Shown here piece after piece: positions 1 to 7,619 of a stretch of DNA of 42,100 nt. Below the pieces are notes generated by a model. The model did not search any database. It saw only the letters and a list, made by a program, of their open reading frames with translations, and was not told the DNA's origin. The first letter of the stretch is position 1, and every line of letters begins with the position of its first letter. Origin of the DNA: a virus. Lineage: Duplodnaviria; Caudoviricetes. Made by a program: the position numbers and the translations under genes. The stretch lies in the IMG/VR virus record IMGVR_UViG_3300037167_000001, positions 1 through 42,100 of that record, one strand, 5' to 3'.

Positions 1-127
1 CCGCGTTGCTGGCAGTGTCTAGAATTGGCACCAGACTATATCGCTACAGGGCGTCATGATGACCGTAAATCTCCTCCTCGAACTAAAAAAGAATCTGAGT
101 TCCGTAAACTAGCAGAAGGTCCTTCTG
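1..127. repeat. Terminal direct repeat identical to 41974-42100 (circular assembly overlap)
   Basis: Exact 127-nt match between the two ends. 127 is a common assembler k-mer, and an ORF continues across the join. Confidence 0.95.
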
Positions 128-149
128 TCTTCTCATTCTAAGGATTAAA

Positions 150-485
150 ATGGCACAGAAAAATGGCAGGCGAACTGGTGCCTCTCAAGAGGTTATGCAG
201 TATCTAACTTCTAACGCAGATCGCCCACTTATCCAAGCGCAAATCGCAAATGAACTTGGTATGGAAAAGTGGCAGGTGTCTAACGCGGTCAATACTCTCG
301 CAGCTAAATTCCCTCAGGTTGAACGTCCTGCTAATGGTATTTATCGTTGGAACTCTAAGGTAGTTGAAAAGCCACAAGAGCCTGAGACTGAACTAATTGT
401 GAAGATTGTGGATAGGAAGGCTGACGGTACACTTCTAGTTACTGACGAGAATTCTGTCTATGTCATGCGAAAGTTGGACTGGTAA
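150..485 (+). CDS. Winged-helix/HTH DNA-binding protein
   Basis: EVMQYL...LIQAQIANELGMEKWQVSNAVNTL is an HTH pattern, followed by a beta-wing (VERPANGIYRW). Confidence 0.65.
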   Translation: MAQKNGRRTGASQEVMQYLTSNADRPLIQAQIANELGMEKWQVSNAVNTLAAKFPQVERPANGIYRWNSKVVEKPQEPETELIVKIVDRKADGTLLVTDENSVYVMRKLDW

Positions 486-655
486 TGCACAACCGAGCAG
501 ACCAAGTAGCGACTCTAATTCAGGAATCTATCAGTGATGCAGGAGCTGACTTAGTTCTCCAGTCTGAGACACCTCCATCATTCACTGTCCTGTGGACAGA
601 TCCTGAAACCGACCTAGACTTTACATACGAGGTCTCAGTTAAGGAGACTGGGTAA
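485..655 (+). CDS. Hypothetical protein, 56 aa (MHNRADQV...)
   Basis: Translated by hand; TAATG stop/start coupling at both ends. Confidence 0.7.
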   Translation: MHNRADQVATLIQESISDAGADLVLQSETPPSFTVLWTDPETDLDFTYEVSVKETG

Positions 656-993
656 TGAGCTGGAGCGGCTGGGGATTTACTGTAGGTGGACGACGTGGTG
701 CTGGTAAAATTACAGGTTCTTATGCAGTCACTGAAATTACTGTCCTTGGAGAAGCTAGTGACTCTGGACAATACTCTGGTACAATTGTTACTGGTGCTAA
801 GGGTGCGAAGACACGTGACAGTCGAGAAGTATATGGACCTCTAGCAGAAATTCTCGAAGCTGCACGTAATGATCACTCAAACGCAGAGAACCATGCTATC
901 TCACGGGATAAGCATGAAGGTCCTTGGACTGCTGGTCCCGGAGGCTATAGCGATCCGGAAGGTTTTGACCCAACAGGTATGGGTGGCGAATAA
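655..993 (+). CDS. Hypothetical protein
   Basis: AAGGAG RBS upstream; coupled to the previous stop codon. Confidence 0.75.
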   Translation: MSWSGWGFTVGGRRGAGKITGSYAVTEITVLGEASDSGQYSGTIVTGAKGAKTRDSREVYGPLAEILEAARNDHSNAENHAISRDKHEGPWTAGPGGYSDPEGFDPTGMGGE

Positions 994-1002
994 CTAAAGA
1001 CT

Positions 1003-1137
1003 CAGTAGGTAGTTTAAGCTGATCGGTGGACGAGCAGCATAAAACATTTCCTAGCTAAGCACACTCGATATGGCGTAGTGTGTTAGGAAAAGATCTGGGA
1101 CTTTCTTCCCCCGTTCGAAATGATTCCCAGCCTACTG
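1003..1137 (+). ncRNA. Putative four-way-junction, tRNA-like structured RNA
   Basis: Closing stem CAGTAGG/CCTACTG encloses three hairpins; it ends 3 nt before tRNA-Asn. Confidence 0.5.
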
Positions 1138-1140
1138 TAA

Positions 1141-1212
1141 TCCCGAGTAATTCAATGGCAGAATAACCGCCTGTTAAGCGGTAGGTTGCTGGTTCGAGTC
1201 CAGCCTCGGGAG
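1141..1212 (+). tRNA. trnN: tRNA-Asn(GTT)
   Basis: Acceptor TCCCGAG/CTCGGGA, anticodon arm ACCGC-CTGTTAA-GCGGT, T arm GCTGG-TTCGAGT-CCAGC, discriminator G; CCA not encoded. Confidence 0.95.
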
Positions 1213-1445
1213 CGGTATATAGACAGGCGCCACGGTAAACACGACACCATGCGTAACCCGTAGAATAACGTCTATATACTAATAACTCTTCGGTGTTGTT
1301 ACACTGACAACTATCGGAGCTTTATAAGGGAGAGATAGGACGGGGTAGTGCCCGGGCCTATCCTGTAGCGCAGCGTTAGCAAATGCGGACAGACAAAACT
1401 GTGAAGCAGACAAAAACTCCCCACTAATATCTTCCGGAGGATATT

Positions 1446-1709
1446 ATGCCTTGGCTTATCCGACCTAAAGGTAAACAGTTTGTTCTGCTTAATCAAGATA
1501 CTGGAGTACAGAAAGGCCCAGAGTTCGCTACACATGATGAAGCCAGAAACTATCAGAAGGCATTATATGCCAATGACCCCTCTGCTGTAGCAGAAGCTAA
1601 GAAAATTGAAGCGGCTGGAAAAGGTGGACAAGAACTCTGGCATCACGCTAAGAGTAATGCAATCAAAAATAAAATAAAGGATACCAATGGACCTCAAGCG
1701 AAACGCTGA
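1446..1709 (+). CDS. Hypothetical protein
   Basis: GGAGG RBS; first gene of an overlapping run. Confidence 0.75.
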   Translation: MPWLIRPKGKQFVLLNQDTGVQKGPEFATHDEARNYQKALYANDPSAVAEAKKIEAAGKGGQELWHHAKSNAIKNKIKDTNGPQAKR

Positions 1710-1923
1710 CGGAACTTATCTCATCATCCCTAATCCTGGTTTTAAATTCATTGTAATTGCTGCAGCAATGTACGAAGAGGGTCGTAAGGTAATTGCACTA
1801 GATGCAGGTGATCGAGTAGGCACCAACGATAAGCCCAAGGTTTACCATGCACTATCTGACTTCCTAAGTGAACGTGCAGAACAACTCGCGGAAGAAGTAA
1901 TCGAGGACGAACATGGCGACTAA
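1687..1923 (+). CDS. Hypothetical protein
   Basis: AAGGA RBS; overlaps both neighbours. Confidence 0.7.
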   Translation: MDLKRNADGTYLIIPNPGFKFIVIAAAMYEEGRKVIALDAGDRVGTNDKPKVYHALSDFLSERAEQLAEEVIEDEHGD

Positions 1924-2161
1924 GGCAAAAGTAATTCTCTTCAAAGGTAGTGGTAAATATTATACAGAGGAAGAGTGGGAAGTTCCGTTAGGAGCTATCC
2001 ATCCTGCCGATATGCTTTGGAGCGAAGACTATCATAGAATTGGTACAGGTGCTGTACTTGTAGTATCCCAAGAACCTTGGGGATTCCCTCATCTATTTCC
2101 ATTCGCAGTATCATATGACGACCAACATCGCGATACTAAACCTAACTGGCTCGAGGAATGA
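1913..2161 (+). CDS. Hypothetical protein
   Basis: GAGGA RBS; tightly packed in the operon. Confidence 0.7.
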   Translation: MATKAKVILFKGSGKYYTEEEWEVPLGAIHPADMLWSEDYHRIGTGAVLVVSQEPWGFPHLFPFAVSYDDQHRDTKPNWLEE

Positions 2162-2164
2162 TGA

Positions 2165-2551
2165 ATGCCCTCAAAGGAGACGTACTCGGGACTTAGTCGC
2201 CGAGACCGTCAATACCTCTCTGTAGCGGTAGAACTTGCCAAAACTTCTACCTGTCGTAATAAGCACGGTGCGTTAGTTGTAGTTGGCGGAAGTGTTATCG
2301 CTACAGGGGTTAATAGAGAACGGAACCCGCCAGGTATCCTATCAGATTTTGATTTGATTCATGGTGGGATTAGCTATCATGCAGAGGCAATGGCACTTAA
2401 GCAACTTAGATTTACAATTCCAAATAGAGCAACCATATATGTAGCAAGGGTTAACAGGGCAGGGATTGAAAGATTATCTCGACCTTGCAATAACTGCTAT
2501 AAGTTGCTACAACAATACGAGATCAAGGAAGTGGTGTATACAATTGACTAG
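2165..2551 (+). CDS. dCMP/cytidine deaminase family protein
   Basis: HAE and PCxxC zinc motifs, plus KHGALVV and IATGVN. Confidence 0.88.
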   Translation: MPSKETYSGLSRRDRQYLSVAVELAKTSTCRNKHGALVVVGGSVIATGVNRERNPPGILSDFDLIHGGISYHAEAMALKQLRFTIPNRATIYVARVNRAGIERLSRPCNNCYKLLQQYEIKEVVYTID

Positions 2552-2783
2552 CCAGACTATGGATAACTTATTCACACAGAATCGTAACCTCTGGTTTGAA
2601 CTTATGGATAGCAAAAGGTTCGATACGATTCTGGATATGTTCCGTGTGTTTGCTCCTCAGGTAGGGAAGGAAACATGGGAGACGACCGGTTTATCTGAGA
2701 CTCCGGTTATTCCTACTTCCATTGAAACTTCTGCTGAGCGAATTGCCCGCCAGAAGAACGGGAAGATTCGTATTAGAAGGTAG
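2466..2783 (+). CDS. Hypothetical protein (true start probably 2544 or 2559)
   Basis: Fills the gap after the deaminase. Confidence 0.55.
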   Translation: MKDYLDLAITAISCYNNTRSRKWCIQLTSQTMDNLFTQNRNLWFELMDSKRFDTILDMFRVFAPQVGKETWETTGLSETPVIPTSIETSAERIARQKNGKIRIRR

Positions 2784-2997
2784 TGTATACCACTTGACAG
2801 AGAATAGATCTGTGCTACAATGGAGTAGTACAACAACGAAATGTACCTGTGGACATTTAGCTAGTGAGGAAGTACACCCGCTCACCAGGCACGAAATCTT
2901 TGAAGGTTCTGTAGATTATATTCGTCCATGTCGCGTACAAATTTGTAAATGCAAGGATCTGGAGATTGATACGACTGGAAAGGCTAAACCTTTATGA
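2722..2997 (+). CDS. Small Cys/His-rich hypothetical protein (start uncertain)
   Basis: CTCGH...H...H...C...CKC pattern; stop overlaps the endolysin ATG. Confidence 0.5.
   Translation: MKLLLSELPARRTGRFVLEGSVYHLTENRSVLQWSSTTTKCTCGHLASEEVHPLTRHEIFEGSVDYIRPCRVQICKCKDLEIDTTGKAKPL
2794..2821 (+). promoter_or_regulatory. Putative SigA/sigma70-type promoter upstream of the endolysin
   Basis: TTGACA-16 nt-TACAAT with an extended -10 TG. Confidence 0.55.
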
Positions 2998-3848
2998 CCA
3001 CAATCTCTTACGATAAACCAGTCGAAGATTTCATTGCTCGATTAGACGCTACAGGGCACGTCACACATACATCATATAAGAAGACGTCAGTTACTCTTCA
3101 TCATAATGGTGGGAAATTATCTCATCAGGGTATTCTTGATGTATGGAAGACTCGTGCAGCATCTGCTCATTTCGATGTTGACAGTTCTGGGGCAGTTGCA
3201 CAGTATGTAAGGGTTGGAGAATACGCATGGGCGGTGGGTAATACCGTAGGTAACGAATCGTCAATTAGTATTGAAATGTGCAATGCAACTCTTGCGCCTA
3301 ATTGGACTGTAAGTGATGTAACCTGGAAGTCTGCAGCTAGACTTGCTGCTTGGCTTTTTGCTCATGTAGTTGGCGCTCGTCCTAGCGCTACTAATCTTCA
3401 TTACCATCACTTCTGGTCATCTACGGACTGCGCTGGTCCGTACATGGATACAATCTACACTAAGGTACTTACAGAAGCACAACATCAATATGATATCTTT
3501 ACAGGTGCAGCAACTCCTACAGTAATTGGAAGTGACATGGATCTTTACCAGGTACCTGACGGCCGATTCTATCTAGTAGGCTCTGGCCGTAACGGTGTAA
3601 AGTTTGCTCGTATCGACGCTATTGGTCAGAATTTAGCAGATGCAGGTAAGCCGGTATATAAGGTAGCTGCTTCCGTACTTACAGCCCTAACTAACACACC
3701 TTATTTCTCTGCCGATAATGTTTCGGATATTGTTGATGCTGTAGTTGCTGCACTTCCTGCTACTAGTGGAGGTGCATCACTCTCTGTGGCGGATGTCCGG
3801 GGAGCTGTAGCAGATGCCCTGACTCACTCAAGTTTTACCGTTAGCTGA
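2994..3848 (+). CDS. Endolysin, N-acetylmuramoyl-L-alanine amidase (Amidase_2-like)
   Basis: VTLHH, SAHFDV, AWAVGN, SISIE and H...TDCAG amidase motifs. Confidence 0.88.
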   Translation: MTTISYDKPVEDFIARLDATGHVTHTSYKKTSVTLHHNGGKLSHQGILDVWKTRAASAHFDVDSSGAVAQYVRVGEYAWAVGNTVGNESSISIEMCNATLAPNWTVSDVTWKSAARLAAWLFAHVVGARPSATNLHYHHFWSSTDCAGPYMDTIYTKVLTEAQHQYDIFTGAATPTVIGSDMDLYQVPDGRFYLVGSGRNGVKFARIDAIGQNLADAGKPVYKVAASVLTALTNTPYFSADNVSDIVDAVVAALPATSGGASLSVADVRGAVADALTHSSFTVS

Positions 3849-3849
3849 C

Positions 3850-3878
3850 TTGCTTCGACTGTCCCGATGTGGCATACT
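3850..3878 (+). promoter_or_regulatory. Putative promoter
   Basis: TTGCTT-17 nt-CATACT followed by GGTCTTAG, which also follows the promoter at 36395. Confidence 0.5.
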
Positions 3879-3884
3879 GGTCTT

Positions 3885-4001
3885 AGAGCCAAGGTGAAGC
3901 GGCGCTAGACAGTAGCCATGGCAACCTATCTACCCTGGTGGGCAGGGTGATAGGAAAGGCCCCGGGACTTGCGGAAACGCAGTCCCGGGGTCTTTTCTTT
4001 T
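3885..4001 (+). ncRNA. Putative small RNA, about 115 nt
   Basis: Intergenic, lies between a promoter and a terminator, and contains three consecutive hairpins. Confidence 0.45.
3958..4001 (+). terminator. Intrinsic terminator
   Basis: GCCCCGGGACT-TGCG-GAAA-CGCA-GTCCCGGGGT stem followed by TTTTCTTTT. Confidence 0.85.
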
Positions 4002-4017
4002 CCCCTATGGAGTTATA

Positions 4018-4563
4018 GTGGATCTTGGAATTAGTCCTTGTATACCCTGCGTAACTGGATTCCATTGGGAATGCCCGTCGCTACAGGGAGATAATTGTTG
4101 CTGTGATAGTTCTGGTCCTCTAGGAATTACTCAGAATAAACGTGGTGGACCTGTAAAATCCGATGAAGATGTGACAGATCCGCAATCTACTGGCCGTAAA
4201 CGTGCGGCAGTAGCTTATCCTCTTGAAGAAGGAATGACCTGTGAGTGGTCTTCACTTAAGTATGCCGGAGGAGGATCTTTCCCTATTATCGGATGTCCTG
4301 GGCACAAAGCTACAAACAGGCATCACGGCCCCGATAAAAATGTCCTTAACAATTCAGAGGGAAACGTCCATCGGATCTGTGCATTCTGTCACAATCGTTG
4401 GCACGCTAGAAACGATCCACTGTACCAGGAAGTTTTTGGAACTGACCAATGGAAGACTCACGATCCAGAGACACGGGCGACTCAAGCCGAAGTCTTAGAG
4501 TCTGAACTATTCTGGCAAACCACACCTGCCCAAAGAATTAAGGTGCTAGACCATGAGCATTAA
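4018..4563 (+). CDS. Cys-rich HNH-like endonuclease
   Basis: RHH...N...NVHRICAFCHNRWH matches the HNH/CxxCH pattern. Confidence 0.65.
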   Translation: MDLGISPCIPCVTGFHWECPSLQGDNCCCDSSGPLGITQNKRGGPVKSDEDVTDPQSTGRKRAAVAYPLEEGMTCEWSSLKYAGGGSFPIIGCPGHKATNRHHGPDKNVLNNSEGNVHRICAFCHNRWHARNDPLYQEVFGTDQWKTHDPETRATQAEVLESELFWQTTPAQRIKVLDHEH

Positions 4564-4801
4564 GCATTCCTGGGGTCCAACTGAGTTTGACGGTGATTAC
4601 GTAAAGAATCGCGGCGTTAAGTATGTGCACAAGCCTGATGGCAATGAAGTATACTTACTCGAAGAGACATTTGATTTCTCTGTAGAAGGTGACCCTACCG
4701 AAGGTAAACCTGGAGATTTCGTAGCATTCTTCCCTAAGTTGAATAGTCTATTTACAATTCCAGCACAAGCCAAGGAAGCAAATTATGACCGAGCCAGTTG
4801 A
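4553..4801 (+). CDS. Hypothetical protein
   Basis: Overlapping operon packing; AAGG RBS. Confidence 0.7.
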   Translation: MSIKHSWGPTEFDGDYVKNRGVKYVHKPDGNEVYLLEETFDFSVEGDPTEGKPGDFVAFFPKLNSLFTIPAQAKEANYDRAS

Positions 4802-5006
4802 TTTTGGTGTAAACTTTTCCAACAACGCTACAGACCCAGCAAACATTCCTGTCGAGATTAACTATCCAATGTTGCGGGATCGTGCAATGCAGTTTGCGGC
4901 TACGATTCCACATGAGGTTATTCTCGACCTCCTAAAGGATACTGATCTCACTGTAGCGTATCTTCTTAATGGCACACTTCCAGAAGATGCACTAGGTCCA
5001 CTATGA
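4785..5006 (+). CDS. Hypothetical protein
   Basis: AAGGA RBS; ATGA coupling to the next gene. Confidence 0.7.
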   Translation: MTEPVDFGVNFSNNATDPANIPVEINYPMLRDRAMQFAATIPHEVILDLLKDTDLTVAYLLNGTLPEDALGPL

Positions 5007-5860
5007 GTTTACCTGTCCTGAGTCACTCAGAAGCAGATGCGTTTGAGCTATGCGAACGTAGACACTATTACGCATTTGGTGAGAAGCTAGCGCGTAAAAC
5101 TGTGTCTAAGTCGTTACAGCGAGGTATCTTAGGCCATGAAGTTCTTCACACGTATTTCAGAGTGTACCAAGAAACTAACTCTCTTAAGGCTGCTGCTGCT
5201 GCTTCTGATCGTCTTCTGGGGAGTATGTTATTTGAAGATGAGAAACGGGATACTGCATTAGAACTTAAACCTCTACTGGATTATTTCTTTAGTGTCTTTG
5301 AGGATAAGTTTGCAGGCTGGCAGATTCAAGGTGTAGAGGAAGTCAATAGACTTGCTTTCCCTGATTTCCAATTTGTATTCCAGGTTGACTTAAGGTATAA
5401 AGAAGGCGGCTTCGAGTATATTCTCGACTGGAAATTTACCTATGATTTCTATTCTGGTGACATGCAAAGTTTGCTCCCACAAGTCCCGCGGTATACTGGA
5501 GCTTTGCGAGCACTTGGCAAAAATATTAGATCCGGTCGCTATGGATTTATTCGATATCGGAATCTCAAATCCACCGACCCATACGATAAATTCGGAATCA
5601 TTCCGATGGACCTCTCGAAGGCCAGAATTGAATCAGCTTTTCGTGACCTCATTTTAACTCAAAAGAAAATCGCAGCTAAAAAGGCAATGCCACTTTCGGA
5701 ATGGAAGGACAATGTTAGCCGCACCGCTAATCAACTAGTATGCAAGAGTTGTTCATTTGCATCTCTCTGTGTAGCGGAGGCAAATGGCTCAGATGGCAAG
5801 GTAATTCGAGCAACTTACTATAAACCTTCCGAATACGGATACTCAGAGGAAGAATCTTAA
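5003..5860 (+). CDS. PD-(D/E)XK (RecB/Cas4-like) exonuclease
   Basis: LSHS...C, GILGH, VDL...ILDWK and C-terminal CxxC...C. Confidence 0.85.
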   Translation: MSLPVLSHSEADAFELCERRHYYAFGEKLARKTVSKSLQRGILGHEVLHTYFRVYQETNSLKAAAAASDRLLGSMLFEDEKRDTALELKPLLDYFFSVFEDKFAGWQIQGVEEVNRLAFPDFQFVFQVDLRYKEGGFEYILDWKFTYDFYSGDMQSLLPQVPRYTGALRALGKNIRSGRYGFIRYRNLKSTDPYDKFGIIPMDLSKARIESAFRDLILTQKKIAAKKAMPLSEWKDNVSRTANQLVCKSCSFASLCVAEANGSDGKVIRATYYKPSEYGYSEEES

Positions 5861-6739
5861 ATGGCAACTAAAGAGCAGATGTACCAAAACTTACTAGACT
5901 CTATGCAAGAATTATCAGATGTTCAGAAGAGACTCAGAGCAATTCTCTATGGCATGTCTGGCGCGGGTAAGACAATCTTCGCAATGATGATTGCACAGGC
6001 AATTACACCACCAGATCAAATCATTCTATACATCGACTTCTCCGAAGGCTTCTTTGTATTTCAGAACCCAGAATGGAAGCACTTAACCCGGCGAGTTAAG
6101 CGTATCCAATATAACACAAGTGAAGGACTTTCACAGCTCGAAGCTATCTCATACGCAGTACAGGCTAAGACTGGTGTTTTCGCTAACGTAGGATGTATCA
6201 TTCTTGATGAAGGTACATCTATGGCAGATGCTGACTTACGTCTAGTACGTGCTATGAACGTAGCAAGAAATCCTGTATTAGATCCAGATGTAGCCGAAGG
6301 TCCTGACTATATTGCTGAACAAAATAGATTTTCTAAGACCTTCAATGTATTAATGGGCGCACCTGTCCACCACATTATTGTCTGTCACCCTAGGGTAGAC
6401 AAGGTTAATAACCTAGCTATTACAGACATTGGATTCTCTCCAAAACTTGGTGCAATTCTTAAGCGTGATCTGCATTTAGTTGGACACTTTACTGCAGACT
6501 TGCCTAGTGCATCTGGCCTGGAGGATCCGGTATACACGCGTTGGGTTCAGGTTCATCCGACGCGAACTATTGAAGCTAAGACTCGTATCACTGGTTTACC
6601 AGTTAAGATCGAGGCATCCAAACTTCTCACCGCTATTACTGAGTTTATTAATGGCAGTCGAGGGGAAGAAGAACCGAAAGAAACACTCCCGATTGAACAG
6701 GCAGAAGATGTATCCGATTTCGCAATCACAGTAGAATGA
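5861..6739 (+). CDS. AAA_24/Sak4-like ATPase (recombination)
   Basis: Walker A GMSGAGKT, Walker B IILDE, and AKTR; sits between the exonuclease and the SSB. Confidence 0.8.
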   Translation: MATKEQMYQNLLDSMQELSDVQKRLRAILYGMSGAGKTIFAMMIAQAITPPDQIILYIDFSEGFFVFQNPEWKHLTRRVKRIQYNTSEGLSQLEAISYAVQAKTGVFANVGCIILDEGTSMADADLRLVRAMNVARNPVLDPDVAEGPDYIAEQNRFSKTFNVLMGAPVHHIIVCHPRVDKVNNLAITDIGFSPKLGAILKRDLHLVGHFTADLPSASGLEDPVYTRWVQVHPTRTIEAKTRITGLPVKIEASKLLTAITEFINGSRGEEEPKETLPIEQAEDVSDFAITVE

Positions 6740-6752
6740 GGTTTAGTTAATC

Positions 6753-7217
6753 ATGGGTCTTTTTGATGGCATTGATGTTGCATCTGCAAATGACGATCCA
6801 TTTAGCGTCCCTGTAGATTCATATGTCTGCACCATTACTCAGGCAGAGGCTAAGGCAACTAAGGCTGGCGATAAGGTTGGCCTGAATCTTACATACACTA
6901 TTTCTGAGGGAGCTTACAAGGGTTCTTCGATCTCAGACTGGAAGGAAATTCCGTCTAAGCCTGAGACTGATGATTCAGATGTTCAGGCAGAGTACATGCG
7001 TAAGCGTTCCTTCCTTAAGCAGCGTATGCTTTCGTTCGGTGTCCCTGAGGGTCGAATTAATGCAATCGAGGCAAGTGATCTCATCGGGACTGACCTCGTA
7101 GTTACTTTGGTTAAGGCTAAGTCGGGCAAGACTGTGATTAAGAATATCCAGCCTGCGAATGGCGCTACAGGGGTTAGCATAACTCCAGGTAATCCGTTCT
7201 TGGTAATCCGTTCTTGA
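6753..7217 (+). CDS. Putative ssDNA-binding protein (DUF669-like)
   Basis: P.D.Y...I..AE.K.TK.G and TISEGAYKG pattern; usual position after a Sak4-like ATPase. Confidence 0.65.
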   Translation: MGLFDGIDVASANDDPFSVPVDSYVCTITQAEAKATKAGDKVGLNLTYTISEGAYKGSSISDWKEIPSKPETDDSDVQAEYMRKRSFLKQRMLSFGVPEGRINAIEASDLIGTDLVVTLVKAKSGKTVIKNIQPANGATGVSITPGNPFLVIRS

Positions 7218-7330
7218 GCTAAATAGGGTAAGGGCCGGATGTCTATCAGACAGGTGCGATTCGTGACTCCGGGAGCGGGAGATATGGTACCCCGCACTTA
7301 ATATATCAATCCCAGAAAAGTTCATCATTA

Positions 7331-7412
7331 GCGGGCATGGCGAAATTGGCAACCGCAACTGATTTAAAATCAGTCGCCTTAGGGCTTCCGGGTTCGAGTC
7401 CCGGTGCCCGCA
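7331..7412 (+). tRNA. trnL: tRNA-Leu(TAA), reads UUA
   Basis: Acceptor GCGGGCA/TGCCCGC, anticodon arm ACTGA-TTTAAAA-TCAGT, long variable arm, T arm CCGGG-TTCGAGT-CCCGG, discriminator A. Confidence 0.95.
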
Positions 7413-7440
7413 CTAACCTTCATTTAGAAAGGCTAAGTAC

Positions 7441-7611
7441 ATGAACAACTATGAAGATGCAGAAAAGAATCTACAGCAGATTATTGATACTGTAGATGAT
7501 GCAGAAGCGGAGGCTTATCCGCCTTGGACATTAGGAGAGAAGGTACAATGTCTATGGATTAGACATCAGGCGTTACAGCAGCTAGCAGAGATTACCTCTA
7601 ACAAAGAGTAG
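7441..7611 (+). CDS. Hypothetical protein, 56 aa (MNNYEDAE...)
   Basis: Translated by hand; GAAAGG RBS. Confidence 0.65.
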   Translation: MNNYEDAEKNLQQIIDTVDDAEAEAYPPWTLGEKVQCLWIRHQALQQLAEITSNKE

Positions 7612-7619
7612 AGGCTTGT

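Noticed and set aside
5003-5860. Cas4-like nuclease as evidence of a CRISPR system
   Set aside because: No array or other cas genes are present; it sits in a normal exonuclease, ATPase, SSB recombination module.
7218-7330. Possible extra tRNA or ribozyme upstream of tRNA-Leu
   Set aside because: Only short stems are present (CCGGA/TCCGG, GTCT/AGAC, GCGGG/CCCGC), with no cloverleaf and no ribozyme core I could match.
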